A stretch of 64,000 nt of DNA from Candidatus Sumerlaeales bacterium (lineage in GTDB: Bacteria > Sumerlaeota > Sumerlaeia > Sumerlaeales > Sumerlaeaceae). This document shows, piece by piece, positions 10,575-21,737 of the stretch (the first letter of the stretch is position 1; the number at the start of each line of letters is the position of its first letter). The notes beneath the pieces are model-generated. The model was not told the origin of the DNA. It did not search any database and worked only from the letters and a program-made list of their open reading frames with translations. Made by a program: the position numbers and the translations under genes. Location: assembly GCA_038243585.1 (NCBI GenBank), contig JBBSQY010000002.1:1-64000 (forward strand). The letters run 5' to 3'.

Positions 10575-11732
10575 ATGATCTGGTATATACTTTCTATAAT
10601 GGCACTGCTGCCCTGGGTGCGACTTATAATAAACGGTGCAGCTGCATCCAAAGCCATCCCGCAGATGAGTGATCTGCCTGAGACCAGTGCGGATGACGAG
10701 CCACTGGGACTGCTTAGCGTGGTGGTGGCTGCGCGTAACGAGGCTGGGGAAATCGAAAAGGCACTGCGATCTCTGGCGCTGCAGGATCATCCGAATATGG
10801 AGATCATCGTAGTTAATGACCGGTCAACCGACGCCACCGCTGAAATTCTTGATCGACTGGCTGCTGAATATCAGGACAAAATTAAGGCTGTTCATATTAC
10901 GGAGCTACCCGCAGGGTGGTTGGGTAAGTGCAACGCTCTGCAGCAGGGTGGGGAAGCAGCGACAGGCGAATATATTCTGTTTGCCGATGCCGACGTAAAG
11001 TTCGAAAAGAGCGTATTACGCCGTTCGCATCTTTATGCCCGGGCAGAGGAGGCCGACCAGTTTTGCGTTTTTCCTGATAACATGGCGGATTCGTTTTTTG
11101 AGAAGGCTATGCTTAATGTGTTCGCCCTGTGTTTCTTTCTGGGATTTACCCCGCATAAGGCTATGGTACGTAACTCTGGTAAGTACGTGGGTGTAGGCGC
11201 TTTTAACATGGTAAGCACGACCATGTATCGAAAAATTAAAGGTCACACCTTTTTGCGGCTGCAGGTGGTCGACGATGTCGGCCTTGGTAAGCTAATCAAG
11301 TTTTCAGGCGGCAAGGTGCGCATCGCATGGAGCGGCGGCATGGTCAACGTTCGCTGGCAGGAAAACCTGCGGGGAATGATCCGAGGTCTTGAAAAGAACT
11401 TTTTCGCGGCAACCAACTACAGCGTCTTTGTAACACTGCTAATGGTGATCGGCGTGATAATCACATTCATCTGGCCATGGGTTGGTGTTTGGGTCGGGCC
11501 AACCGGAGCGCGGATAATAGTTGGCATGGCTCTCTTGATGCAAATTGTAACTGCTGCCGCCTCCGCCAGCAAATCCCGTATCGGAGCCGTACATGGCATC
11601 ACTGGACAAATGGGCGCAGCACTGTTGCTGATAGCAATGATTAATAGCGCATGGGCCACCCTGAAAAATGGCGGCATCACCTGGCGTGATTCGTTCTATC
11701 CACTTAAAGATCTGAAGCAATTTAAACTGTAA
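10575..11732 (+). CDS. Membrane GT2 glycosyltransferase (HpnB/CrtQ-like)
   Basis: VVVAARNE, VNDRSTD, LPAGWLGK, FADAD, VVDDVGLG, C-terminal TM helices, WR motif. Start set at ATG 10575. Confidence 0.88.
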   Translation: MIWYILSIMALLPWVRLIINGAAASKAIPQMSDLPETSADDEPLGLLSVVVAARNEAGEIEKALRSLALQDHPNMEIIVVNDRSTDATAEILDRLAAEYQDKIKAVHITELPAGWLGKCNALQQGGEAATGEYILFADADVKFEKSVLRRSHLYARAEEADQFCVFPDNMADSFFEKAMLNVFALCFFLGFTPHKAMVRNSGKYVGVGAFNMVSTTMYRKIKGHTFLRLQVVDDVGLGKLIKFSGGKVRIAWSGGMVNVRWQENLRGMIRGLEKNFFAATNYSVFVTLLMVIGVIITFIWPWVGVWVGPTGARIIVGMALLMQIVTAAASASKSRIGAVHGITGQMGAALLLIAMINSAWATLKNGGITWRDSFYPLKDLKQFKL

Positions 11733-11777
11733 AACACGAGCGTTGCAGGCATGTATTAACCGGGAGTCTTTTGACCT

Positions 11778-14621
11778 ATGAAACGTCTTATCGCTATGCT
11801 GCTTGTTGCATTGGCAGCGATGGCTTTTGCGGATGAAAAGCGGGCGAAAACCCTGCTGCTTCAAAAAGATGGCATAGCGGTTAATGTTGGGGGACGAAAC
11901 GGATACTCGATCAAGGTTGACGGGATTCCGTTCAGCACGATGAGCGGTCTGAATGTAGTGGATCCTGCATGGCAAAAACGGTACTATAGCTACTCTGATG
12001 ACCATCAGCGAATTTCTGGTGCTTTAACGGCGGGGATATCAGCAGGCACTAGTATAACCTATCAACTACGCAGTGAGCGGTCAGACACTGTGGAAGGCAC
12101 ACAGACATTGGAAGTGCTCCCAGGTCGTCGCCTGCGTGTTGCCACCGATATCCGTATGACCAGTGATACTCCAGGCGTTCTTGAAAATCGTGTAGGTAGT
12201 ATTGGAGAGGCCTGGTTAAGCAATATGGAGTGGTCGGGCGAATTGAAGGATGGCCGCTCTACAAGCGGAAAGGCGCCGCGCTGGTCACCGGGGGAAACCC
12301 CCGCATCGGCCATGCTAATCTCTGATCTGAAACATGTAAATTTTAAGACACCTCGGGGCGATGTTGGCATTGAGACATCTGGGTCGGCGAAGATCTCGTT
12401 GATCGATTATCGCAGGAATGCCTGGGCGGAGGGACAGAAATATTATTGGTTAGGAATTTTGGGTTATCCGTTGCCTCAAATGGATATTGTGAGCTACGAA
12501 GTTGTCTTTTCCTTTCCTCCAAAGGCAGTTCATACGGACGTAAAAAGTACAACAATTGATATGCGCAGCAAGCTCATACATAACCAAAACGTTTACGAGG
12601 TTACACCGCCAAAGGATCACATTATCCCAACACCAAAGCAGGTGACGTGGGGCGATGGCATGCTGCCGGTCTCACCCGAAATTATTGTGTATACAGAAGC
12701 ATCGCCAGTGATTTCTGCCGAGGTAACGCAAGTTGTAAAGCATGCGTCGGAACGATTAGAAAAAACTTTTGGAACCAGCCTTAAACCAGGCCGTAAATCG
12801 AGTGCTATGCTTCATGTAAAGATGGGCGAAGATTTCGGCCTGCCAAAATGGCAGAATCAGGAGGCTTATGCTCTAAGCGTGAGTCAGAGTAAGGTCACGA
12901 TAGATTGTGAGACGACAACTGGTCTGCGTTATGCTCTTTCAACTTTGGAGCAGTTAATGCGCGCTAGTAATAATGGAAATACCGGACTGCGCCGAACGAC
13001 AATATTCGATTATCCGTCAATGCCATTTCGTGGTATTCACTTTTTCACGGGCAAGGATTCGCGGGAATTGCAGACTAAAATGATCACCGAGATTCTAGCC
13101 CCTTTAAAAATCAACAAATTGGTATACCAGGTAGATTACATTAAGTGGGACAGCCAACCGCAAATCCACAGCGAACTGCTCGGGATGGAAAAGGCAGATG
13201 CGAAAGCTGTCAGTGTCGCTGCCGAAGAACAAGGTATCGACGTGATTCCACTGATCAATACGTTTGGGCATTGCGAATGGTTGTTGCAACGGCCATCAAT
13301 GCGATACCTGGCAGACGATCCAAATGATCCATACGCTTACGATCCATCGAACCCCAAAGTCTATGAGATCTGCGAAGAAATTTACCTGGAAGCGATTGCG
13401 CTTTTCCAACCAACTGTGATGCATATTGGTCACGATGAGGTCCACCTGGATGGTTTCCCAAAGAAGCCCGCCAACCAGGCGGTAGGTGCCACCCAGTTAA
13501 TAATAAAGGATATTAAACATTACCACGGGTTCCTGAAGAAACAGGGACTTAGAACGATGATGTGGGGCGATATGTTTTTGGGCCCGGGCGAGGCGCCCGA
13601 TGCCGCATTGGCATCAAGTGTGGAGGAAGCGAATCACCGCCGCGGATTACTGCCGAAAGATATTATTATAACCGATTGGCATTATAAGTCGGCGGCAGTT
13701 GAGGACTATAAATGCATGGCCATTTTCAACGAGGCAGGTTTTGATACGATCGCCTGTTCATGGAACGCACCCGATAATATAGTACGATTAGCCAAAGCAG
13801 CAGGACTACAGCGCGACACGACAGATAAGATGAAGGGTCTTCTCCAGACGACTTGGGCCGGGTATTCCTTCGATGAGAATTCTCTGGTAAAGAATCTGGA
13901 TCAATATTCAGCCTACGTGCTGGCTGCTGAAGCCGCCTGGACGGGAGGCACTACTAGCTCAAAGAATGTACCATTCGATTTCCACGAAGAGTTCTTGCGC
14001 CGATGGAACTCGGAGTCTTCTTCTGTAAAATCGAAAACCGGATGGCAGGTTCCGCTGGATGCGGTTGCAAACACTGTTGTTGACGTAACAGAGTTAAACC
14101 TGGCTGATGGAGCGCTAAGCAGCCTGAAGCCCGGAGCAGCGCAAATGGGCAACTACCATTTCCTGCTACCGGAAGTTAAGGGACGTATTGGTGCATTAAG
14201 TCTGGCAGGTGCGTGGGGCCGATCAGACGGCGACGAGCAATCAGCAACGATAGGATTAAATATAAACGCCAGCGAAATCCTGTTGGTCCTGGGGGCTCCG
14301 GTAACAGTACCGGACGGCACATCTGTTGGCAGTCTGTTGATGACTCTAGATAACGGATCTACTCATGGAATAGCTTTGCAATACGGCTCAACGATTATGA
14401 GTATTACCGATGGCCGATCTACATTACTTTCGCCTGTAATTTGGAAATCAGCAAACACAAGCATTGGCGAAGGGGGTGCTGTGATTCATATGTTGCGATG
14501 GACGAACCCAATGCCAGGGACGAAGGTAACATCAATGGAGTTGCTGGCAAATCCAACGGGACCAGGTATAATGCTGATGGGAGTTTCAGGAATATGCTGC
14601 CTTGAGAAAACCGACGGTTAG
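11778..14621 (+). CDS. Secreted GH20 beta-N-acetylhexosaminidase with extra N- and C-terminal domains
   Basis: Signal peptide; IIPTPK, EAYALSV, DYPSMPFRG, INTFGH, catalytic HIGHDE, MMWGDM, DWHY. Confidence 0.88.
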   Translation: MKRLIAMLLVALAAMAFADEKRAKTLLLQKDGIAVNVGGRNGYSIKVDGIPFSTMSGLNVVDPAWQKRYYSYSDDHQRISGALTAGISAGTSITYQLRSERSDTVEGTQTLEVLPGRRLRVATDIRMTSDTPGVLENRVGSIGEAWLSNMEWSGELKDGRSTSGKAPRWSPGETPASAMLISDLKHVNFKTPRGDVGIETSGSAKISLIDYRRNAWAEGQKYYWLGILGYPLPQMDIVSYEVVFSFPPKAVHTDVKSTTIDMRSKLIHNQNVYEVTPPKDHIIPTPKQVTWGDGMLPVSPEIIVYTEASPVISAEVTQVVKHASERLEKTFGTSLKPGRKSSAMLHVKMGEDFGLPKWQNQEAYALSVSQSKVTIDCETTTGLRYALSTLEQLMRASNNGNTGLRRTTIFDYPSMPFRGIHFFTGKDSRELQTKMITEILAPLKINKLVYQVDYIKWDSQPQIHSELLGMEKADAKAVSVAAEEQGIDVIPLINTFGHCEWLLQRPSMRYLADDPNDPYAYDPSNPKVYEICEEIYLEAIALFQPTVMHIGHDEVHLDGFPKKPANQAVGATQLIIKDIKHYHGFLKKQGLRTMMWGDMFLGPGEAPDAALASSVEEANHRRGLLPKDIIITDWHYKSAAVEDYKCMAIFNEAGFDTIACSWNAPDNIVRLAKAAGLQRDTTDKMKGLLQTTWAGYSFDENSLVKNLDQYSAYVLAAEAAWTGGTTSSKNVPFDFHEEFLRRWNSESSSVKSKTGWQVPLDAVANTVVDVTELNLADGALSSLKPGAAQMGNYHFLLPEVKGRIGALSLAGAWGRSDGDEQSATIGLNINASEILLVLGAPVTVPDGTSVGSLLMTLDNGSTHGIALQYGSTIMSITDGRSTLLSPVIWKSANTSIGEGGAVIHMLRWTNPMPGTKVTSMELLANPTGPGIMLMGVSGICCLEKTDG

Positions 14622-14743
14622 GCAAGCAATCGAGCGGGGAGCGAACAAATTCTGGACGTCAATCCCGGCAAAGCAAGTAATGATAAAAGAAATCTTGAAG
14701 ACTTACACAATCGGCAAAGTGTCAAATCGGGATACGTTTTAGC

Positions 14744-15961
14744 GTGTCGATTTGGATCAGGTATAAAAACGGATCGTTCGTAATAAAGACTACGACAGGG
14801 TTCGTTTTAGGTATCATCGCAGGCGTTCTGTTTGGTCAAAACGCGATCGTGTTAAAGCCACTCGGTACTATCCTTATACATCTGCTAAGCTTTGTTGCCA
14901 TTCCTGTCATTTTTTTGACCGTTGTGTTGGCTGTCGATCAAATGAACTTAAAGATTCTGGGCAGGATGGGCGCCAAACTTATCATGTATTACACAGCCAC
15001 CACCACTTCAGCCGTATTGATCGGAGTTGGTGTTGCGTTGTGGTTCAGTCCCGGAAAAGGATTGAGTCTGCCAACCGCAGTTACTGCAAAGCCAGAGACT
15101 CCAAATTTCTCTGATATCTTAGTCCAGATTGTACCAGACAACATATTTCGCGCGTTCAGCAGCGGCGATCTTATAGCTATAATGTTTGTATCTGTTGTGA
15201 TTGGTGTGGCTTTGTCGTCGATGAACTTCTCAGGCGATAAACAACTAACAGAATATAGCAGACTGATTAACAAGGTCCTGCACGCGCTTAACAGGATGTT
15301 CTACAAGATCCTGGATGGTGTTTTACTGTACGTGCCCATTGGTGTGTTTGCAATTAGTGCATCCGCCGTTGGCGAGCAGGGCTGGTCTACGGTTCAGTCA
15401 TTACTTAGGCTTGTAGGCGTCTTTTATCTAGGGGTAGTAATTCTGTGGTTGGCAGTTTATGTGCCGTTTCTTAAGGCATCTGGCCGCCTTGTAATCCGAT
15501 TTCTAATGGATACTAAAGAAGCGACTGCCACAGCCTTTTTCACTTCAAGCAGCATCGCGAGCCTGCCCATCGCAATCCAATCTGCGAAGAAGGCGGGAGT
15601 TTCCGAAACGACAGCAAACTTCGCACTGCCCCTGGGCGCCGTGTTCAATTCCGATGGTGGCGCTCTCCGTATGGGTATTTCCATTGTGTTCGCCGCCAAT
15701 ATCACAAATTTAAGCCTATCCGTCACAGACCTTATTCAGATTGTGGTCATTGGGACAATATTGTCAGTTGGTGCCGCCGGTATCCCAGCTGCCGGGTTGG
15801 TTACCCTGTCGGCCGTACTAACAGTATTCGGCCTCCCGCTGGAGATTGTTGGGCTTATCGCAGGTGTCGATGCCCTTATCGGGATGGGTGGCACTGCATC
15901 CAATGTAATGGGAGATATTATCGGAGCCGCAGTTATCGATAAACCTCGCGAAGCAGATTAG
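14744..15961 (+). CDS. Dicarboxylate/amino acid:cation symporter (DAACS, GltP family)
   Basis: AFFTSSSIASLP, LPLGAVFNSDG, GAAGIPAAG, NVMGD; multiple TM helices. Confidence 0.92.
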   Translation: MSIWIRYKNGSFVIKTTTGFVLGIIAGVLFGQNAIVLKPLGTILIHLLSFVAIPVIFLTVVLAVDQMNLKILGRMGAKLIMYYTATTTSAVLIGVGVALWFSPGKGLSLPTAVTAKPETPNFSDILVQIVPDNIFRAFSSGDLIAIMFVSVVIGVALSSMNFSGDKQLTEYSRLINKVLHALNRMFYKILDGVLLYVPIGVFAISASAVGEQGWSTVQSLLRLVGVFYLGVVILWLAVYVPFLKASGRLVIRFLMDTKEATATAFFTSSSIASLPIAIQSAKKAGVSETTANFALPLGAVFNSDGGALRMGISIVFAANITNLSLSVTDLIQIVVIGTILSVGAAGIPAAGLVTLSAVLTVFGLPLEIVGLIAGVDALIGMGGTASNVMGDIIGAAVIDKPREAD

Positions 15962-16025
15962 AGATTGTAGCCAGAACAGATCCAGTTGAACGCCCGCAAA
16001 TGCTAATGGGGGAAAGGAGAAAAAA

Positions 16026-16101
<76 letters not shown>

Positions 16102-16258
16102 CTGTTGTCCTTAAATGCTGGACGCGTGCGATATTAGTCTGAGTCCCCTTGATTTATTCTGCAAAATGTTTGATGAGCTGAACCGTTTATCTGGCATGGA
16201 TTGCAACGATGCGTGTAAGGTCTGCTGTAAATTTAAAATGAAGCTCAGGAGCTGAACC

Positions 16259-17008
16259 GTGGACAACAGGAACAATTACCGATCAATATCAGGCACAATG
16301 GGCGCTGAAGCCGGTTACGGCGGCGTGCAAACTGTCGCAACCGCCACTCCTGCTGAGCGGGGAGCTTTTCTTCGTAAGGTTTATTTAACCCTCACCGGCG
16401 GAATCGGCGTCACTATGGTTACTGGGATCATGCTTACTCTGGACGCCGTAAGCAACCCCAACAGCATCGTGCGCACCATGATGCAGGGAAGCGGAATGTG
16501 GATGCTTTTTCTGGGTTACCTAGCTCTATCATTTGGCGTGAGCGCGGTTGTTCATAAGCGTGGCATCAATGTTCTCGCATATCTCTTTTTCACCGCCTTC
16601 ACTGGTTTTTTTATCAGTCCGTTGTTGCTATTCGCTGTCATGAAAACCCAATCTTTACTGGTAGTCTGGCAGGCCCTGGGGCTTACTATTTTCGCCTTTG
16701 GTGGCCTAAGCGGTTACGTGCTTGTCAGTGGTAAGGATTTCTCTTTTATGAAGGGCTTTATCTGGACGGGGTTCTGGATTCTTGTGGGCTTTATGGTTGT
16801 CGGGTTCTTTGTGCAGTCGTGGGCGTTTCACATGGGGATTACGGCCGCGGGTTTGCTTGTGTTTGCAGGCTTTGTGCTTTATCACACAAGTGAGATCATG
16901 CATCGCATGGGTCCGACGGAATGGGTCGCTGGAGCATTTACGTTGTTCATCGATTTCATCAATATGTTTATCCGTGTGTTGATGCTGCTTGCAGGGCGTC
17001 GCGAATAG
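16259..17008 (+). CDS. Bax inhibitor-1/YccA family membrane protein
   Basis: FLRKVY, KDFSFM, LFIDFINMF; about 7 TM helices; RBS AGGAG. Confidence 0.9.
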   Translation: MDNRNNYRSISGTMGAEAGYGGVQTVATATPAERGAFLRKVYLTLTGGIGVTMVTGIMLTLDAVSNPNSIVRTMMQGSGMWMLFLGYLALSFGVSAVVHKRGINVLAYLFFTAFTGFFISPLLLFAVMKTQSLLVVWQALGLTIFAFGGLSGYVLVSGKDFSFMKGFIWTGFWILVGFMVVGFFVQSWAFHMGITAAGLLVFAGFVLYHTSEIMHRMGPTEWVAGAFTLFIDFINMFIRVLMLLAGRRE

Positions 17009-17040
17009 CTGCTAGATGTTTTTAGTTAAGAGATTGTATG

Positions 17041-17071
17041 GGGGCAGGAAAACTTTCCTGCTCCCTTTTTT
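17041..17071 (+). terminator. Intrinsic terminator after the YccA-like gene
   Basis: GGGGCAGGAAA/TTTCCTGCTCCC stem followed by a T-tract. Confidence 0.75.
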
Positions 17072-17105
17072 ATGAAACGCGAAATTCTGTCGAGCGAGGA
17101 AACGG

Positions 17106-18623
17106 GTGAAAATCTCAAAATCTAAACAGGATGCTAAGACGCCAACTGCGGCCATGAAAACAAAACAGCAGTTTTGGGGCGAGCGCCTGACCGAGGCACC
17201 GGAGATGCGCAATATCGCTTATTGCGCCGGGCGTGACGTGGCCGAGCGGCCCATGGCGGACGCTGTCCTTGTTCCTTTTGACTGCTGGCAAAATCGTGCC
17301 CACATTAGCATGCTCGCGGATCAGGCAATTGTGTCGCCGGAGCATGCGCAAAAAATCCGCACCGCCGTTACCAAGTTTGAAGATCAGTTCGCCGCCGGCG
17401 ACATGCGTCTTGCGCCAGAAAAAGAAGACGTTCACACCAATATCGAGCATTTTGTGGCGGAACAACTGGGTGGTGAAACCTCCGGCGTCATGCACACAGG
17501 ACGCAGCCGTAACGATCAGACGACCACCGTTGTTCGAATGTTTATTCGCGATCGCCTGCTGCGTTTCGGCGTGGCAGTGGCTGATCTGACTGACGCCATA
17601 ATGCGGCGTGCCGAAGAATTTGCTGACGTGCCCCTGGCTGGCTATACCCACTATCAGCCCGCCAGCGTAACAACCGTCGGCCACTGGTTCGCGTCCTATG
17701 CCCAGGCGCTTTCGCGGGATCTGGATCGTCTTGCGGCCTGTTATGATCGGGTCAATATTTCTCCCCTTGGGGCCGCCGCCGGCTTTGGGACCTCCTGGCC
17801 AATTAACCGGGAAAAAACCGCGGACCTTCTAGGCTTTCGGTCTGTGCAGGCTAATTCTCTGGATTGCATCACCAATCGGTGGGAGATGGAAGCCGATGCC
17901 GCGACAGCCATTGAATTTATAATGACGCATCTGAGCATAGTCTCGCAGGACATCATCATGCTTAGTGCACCTCAGTTAGGTATCATTCGAATTGCGGATA
18001 GGTACGTTACCGGTTCCTCTATAATGCCGCAGAAGCGGAATCCGGACTTTGCGGAAGTTACCCGGGCCAAAGCCATGGTAATTCAGCAGATGACGGCGGC
18101 GCTTTTTGGCATCGCTCGTGGCGCATTCTCGGGTTACAACCGGGATACTCAATGGACGAAATACTTGATCTTTGACGCGTTCGACGAGGCGCTGGATGCG
18201 CCGGTCATCTTTCGAGGGGTTTTCGAAACGCTATCCATTGACGCAGCGGCGGCGGAAAAGACGGCGCGGGATAATTTTATTAACGCCGTGGACGTGGCAG
18301 ACGTGCTTGCGCAGGAAAGCGGCCTGCCGTTTCGGACCACCTATGAGATCGCCAGCAAGGCTGTGCGCCTCAGCGAAGATCGCGGAGAGATTGATCTGGA
18401 TATCGTGCGACAGTTGGCGGAAGACGCCGGCAGCAAACCGATGAAACTGGACGTGGGCATCCCCGCGGCCATCGCGGGGCGCAAGACTCATACGGGCGGT
18501 ACCGATCCAAAACGGCTGAAAGCGGATCTGCGGACACTGCGTCGGCGGGTGGAGAAGACTTCGGCGGGTTTCGTCTGCGAGATAGAACGACTGGATGCTC
18601 TGGCGGCGGCGGGCCGGAAATAA
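17106..18623 (+). CDS. argH: Argininosuccinate lyase (alternative start ATG 17154)
   Basis: EDVHTNIE, HTGRSRNDQ, GYTHYQPA, GSSIMPQKRNPD, GYNRD. Confidence 0.93.
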   Translation: MKISKSKQDAKTPTAAMKTKQQFWGERLTEAPEMRNIAYCAGRDVAERPMADAVLVPFDCWQNRAHISMLADQAIVSPEHAQKIRTAVTKFEDQFAAGDMRLAPEKEDVHTNIEHFVAEQLGGETSGVMHTGRSRNDQTTTVVRMFIRDRLLRFGVAVADLTDAIMRRAEEFADVPLAGYTHYQPASVTTVGHWFASYAQALSRDLDRLAACYDRVNISPLGAAAGFGTSWPINREKTADLLGFRSVQANSLDCITNRWEMEADAATAIEFIMTHLSIVSQDIIMLSAPQLGIIRIADRYVTGSSIMPQKRNPDFAEVTRAKAMVIQQMTAALFGIARGAFSGYNRDTQWTKYLIFDAFDEALDAPVIFRGVFETLSIDAAAAEKTARDNFINAVDVADVLAQESGLPFRTTYEIASKAVRLSEDRGEIDLDIVRQLAEDAGSKPMKLDVGIPAAIAGRKTHTGGTDPKRLKADLRTLRRRVEKTSAGFVCEIERLDALAAAGRK

Positions 18624-19564
18624 TGGCTTTGGCTGGTGAAAAAGTTACGTGGAAACACCGCGTTGAGTATGCCGGATGGCAGCTCGTAACCGGCGGGTTG
18701 AAACTTGTTCCGCGGAGGGGCATGATCGCCTTCGCGGACGGCGCGGGATGGGCCATGTATTACCTCCTACGGTTGCGGCGCGACGTCATTGACGAGCAAC
18801 TTGCCTTTGCCTTGGGCGAAAAATACTCCGAGAACGAACGCCGCCGTATCGGCTGCAAGAGCTGGCAGAATTGCGTTTTGACTTTTTTCGAATTTGTCCA
18901 GCCAAACCCGATGGGCAGCGCAGGATGGGACGATTTACGGGAGCAAGAGGGCTTTGAAGAGTACTGCAAACCATTCCTCGACACTGGAAAAAACGCAATC
19001 ATCATTACCGCGCACATTGGTAACTGGGAAGCCCTCGGCGGTCTCGGAACTCGTGAAGGTGTCGAGCTTGCTGCTGTGGCCAAGCCCATGCATAATCCTC
19101 TCGTCAACGATTCCATACTAAGGTCTCGCGCCCGGCGCGGACTGGAAGTTTTACAAATCAAGCGTAGCATGAAGATTATTATCGACGCTGCAAAAGCCAA
19201 TAAATGGGTGGCACTAGTTGGCGATCAGGATGCCCGGAGAAACGGGGTTTTTGTGGATTTTTTCGGACGTCCTGCCAGCACGGCGCCGGGCGCGGCCTAT
19301 TTCGCGTGCAAGCTTAATATCCCTGTGCTGCCATCGTTCTGCGTGCGTATAAACGACTCCGGTCGGCATCTGAAAGTTATTTTCATGCCGCCCATTTATC
19401 CAAACCCGGACGCCCCCCGCGATGAGGAAATCAAACGCATCACCCAGGAACACACCCTCGCCCTTGAACGGGTAATCCGGAGATATCCATCCGATTATTT
19501 CTGGCTGCACCGACGCTGGAAAACCCAGCCAAAAAAAACGGGGACGAAAACCGGAACGGACTGA
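18623..19564 (+). CDS. Lipid A late acyltransferase (LpxL/HtrB family)
   Basis: AHIGNWE, DQD, FFGRPAST, YFWLHRRWK. Confidence 0.92.
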   Translation: MALAGEKVTWKHRVEYAGWQLVTGGLKLVPRRGMIAFADGAGWAMYYLLRLRRDVIDEQLAFALGEKYSENERRRIGCKSWQNCVLTFFEFVQPNPMGSAGWDDLREQEGFEEYCKPFLDTGKNAIIITAHIGNWEALGGLGTREGVELAAVAKPMHNPLVNDSILRSRARRGLEVLQIKRSMKIIIDAAKANKWVALVGDQDARRNGVFVDFFGRPASTAPGAAYFACKLNIPVLPSFCVRINDSGRHLKVIFMPPIYPNPDAPRDEEIKRITQEHTLALERVIRRYPSDYFWLHRRWKTQPKKTGTKTGTD

Positions 19565-19734
19565 AATTAAGGCGAACCTAAATTCCGTTTTATGGCGTCA
19601 CTTTGGGACGCGATCTTTCTTTTTACGTACTCCGGATTTCCTTTCAGGCTAACTTATTTAGCCCTTTCAAAGTCAGGAACTTGCCGACAATATGTTTTTT
19701 CTGTGCACGTGGGTCGACTTCTTTTTATGGATTC

Positions 19735-19760
19735 GGACGGCTCGGCGAGCCATCCTTACC
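19735..19760 (-). repeat. Intergenic degenerate GTAG-REP (family A)
   Basis: GGACGGCTCGGCGAGCCATCCTTACC, two mismatches to the copies inside dnaE2; a partial GGGACGGCTC follows. Confidence 0.75.
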
Positions 19761-19809
19761 GAATTATGAGTATGGCGGGACGGCTCTGTAATATTGCCAG
19801 GATTTTGTT

Positions 19810-21651
19810 TCAGTCGACCTTGCGGACTGCTCCTTTGTCGGCGCTAGTGGCCATGGCAGCGTAAGCTCGTAAGGCTTTTGATACTTTACGTTCACGAACT
19901 TCAGTAGGTTTCCAGGCTTTGTCGCCATTGCCTTCCATGTCGGTGCGGCGGGAATTTAGTTCTTCGTCGCTGACTGCCATGTTGATGATGCGGTTTGGGA
20001 TATCAATATTGATGATGTCGCCTTCGCGGACGAGGCCGATGGCACCGCCTTCGGCGGCTTCTGGGGATGCGTGGCCAATGGACAGACCCGATGTGCCGCC
20101 GGAGAATCGGCCGTCGGTGAGGAGGGCGCAGGATTTGCCAAGGCCTTTGGATTTCAGATACGAGGTAGGGTAGAGCATCTCCTGCATTCCGGGGCCGCCT
20201 CGTGGACCTTCGTAGCGGATTATCAGCACGTCGCCGGCTTTTATCTGGTCGGTAAGGATCGCTTTTACGGCGCTATCCTGGCTTTCGAAGATGCGGGCAG
20301 GTCCGGAGAATTTAAGGATGTGTTCATCCACGCCGGCGGTTTTTACGATGCAGCCGTCGACCGCAATGTTCCCATAGAGGACGGCCAGTCCGCCTTCTTT
20401 GCTGTAGGCGTGTTCGACTTCTCTAATACATCCGTTTTGGCGGTCGGCGTCGAGGGTGTCCCAGCGGGTCGCCTGGCTGAAGGCGGTCTGGGTGGAGATG
20501 CCGGCGGGGCCGGCCTGGTAGAATTCCATGACGGCGGGGTCTGGATTACGTTTGATGTCCCACTTGTCCAGGGCGGCGAGCATGGTGGGGCTGTGGACGG
20601 TGGTTACGTCAGTATGGAGCAGACCGCCGCGTTCGAGGGCGCCAAGGATTGCCATAACTCCGCCAGCGCGGTGGACGTCTTCCATGTGATACTCGGGCGT
20701 GGACGGCGCGACTTTACACAACTGCGGAACCTTACGAGAGAGGCGGTCTATGTCGGCCTGGGTGAAGTCGATTTCGGCTTCGTGGGCGGCGGCCAGCAGA
20801 TGAAGGATGGTGTTGGTGGAGCCACCCATGGCGATGTCCAGCGTCATGGCGTTTTCAAAAGCCTTGAAGTTGGCGATGTTACGGGGCAGAACCGAATAGT
20901 CATCCTGCTCGTAGTAGCGGTTGCATAGTTCGACAATGGTGCGTCCCGCTTGTAGAAAAAGTTGCTCGCGGTCGGCATGGGTGGCAAGCATGGAGCCGTT
21001 GCCGGGGAGGGACAGGCCGAGGGCTTCGGTGAGGCAGTTCATGGAGTTGGCGGTGAACATACCGGAGCAGGAGCCGCAGGTAGGGCAGGCGGAGCGTTCG
21101 TATTGATCGACCTCGGCCTCGCTGAGTTTGTCGTCGGCAGCGGCGACCATGGCATCTACGAGGTCGAGCTTGACTTCTTTTGAGCCGAGCGTTGTTTTAC
21201 CGGCTTCCATAGGACCGCCGGAGACGAATACAACAGGCACGTTGAGGCGGAGCGAGGCCATGAGCATACCGGGGGTTATTTTGTCGCAGTTGGATATGCA
21301 GACGATGGCGTCGGCGCAGTGGGCGTTTACCATGTACTCTACGGAGTCGGCTATTATCTCGCGGGAGGGGAGGCTGTAGAGCATGCCGTCGTGGCCCATG
21401 GCGATGCCGTCGTCGACGGCTATGGTGTTGAACTCTTTGGCGACGCCGCCGACTCGTTCGATTTCACGGGCAACCAGCTGGCCTAGATCTTTCAGATGCA
21501 CGTGGCCCGGCACAAACTGCGTGAAGGAGTTGGATATGGCAATGATCGGTTTGCTGAAGTCTTCGTTTTTCATTCCGGTCGCGCGCCAGAGGGCGCGGGC
21601 GCCGGCCATGTTGCGGCCCTGGGTGGTGGTGTGTGAACGGTACTTTGGCAT
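19810..21651 (-). CDS. ilvD: Dihydroxy-acid dehydratase
   Basis: [61 protein letters not shown]. Confidence 0.98.
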   Translation of the reverse strand: MPKYRSHTTTQGRNMAGARALWRATGMKNEDFSKPIIAISNSFTQFVPGHVHLKDLGQLVAREIERVGGVAKEFNTIAVDDGIAMGHDGMLYSLPSREIIADSVEYMVNAHCADAIVCISNCDKITPGMLMASLRLNVPVVFVSGGPMEAGKTTLGSKEVKLDLVDAMVAAADDKLSEAEVDQYERSACPTCGSCSGMFTANSMNCLTEALGLSLPGNGSMLATHADREQLFLQAGRTIVELCNRYYEQDDYSVLPRNIANFKAFENAMTLDIAMGGSTNTILHLLAAAHEAEIDFTQADIDRLSRKVPQLCKVAPSTPEYHMEDVHRAGGVMAILGALERGGLLHTDVTTVHSPTMLAALDKWDIKRNPDPAVMEFYQAGPAGISTQTAFSQATRWDTLDADRQNGCIREVEHAYSKEGGLAVLYGNIAVDGCIVKTAGVDEHILKFSGPARIFESQDSAVKAILTDQIKAGDVLIIRYEGPRGGPGMQEMLYPTSYLKSKGLGKSCALLTDGRFSGGTSGLSIGHASPEAAEGGAIGLVREGDIINIDIPNRIINMAVSDEELNSRRTDMEGNGDKAWKPTEVRERKVSKALRAYAAMATSADKGAVRKVD

Positions 21652-21737
21652 TATCTGTTCCTCTGTAATTTTGTCCGTCTGCTCGCCGGCCTGGTTGCTG
21701 TTACCGTTTGGGCTTAAATTCAGTCGATTAAAGAGAT

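Noticed and set aside
20071..20928. 285-aa ORF opposite ilvD (likewise 3278-3898, 35318-36052, 40836-41621, 58041-58658, 59256-59912)
   Set aside because: Antisense shadows of well-conserved genes in GC-rich coding sequence.
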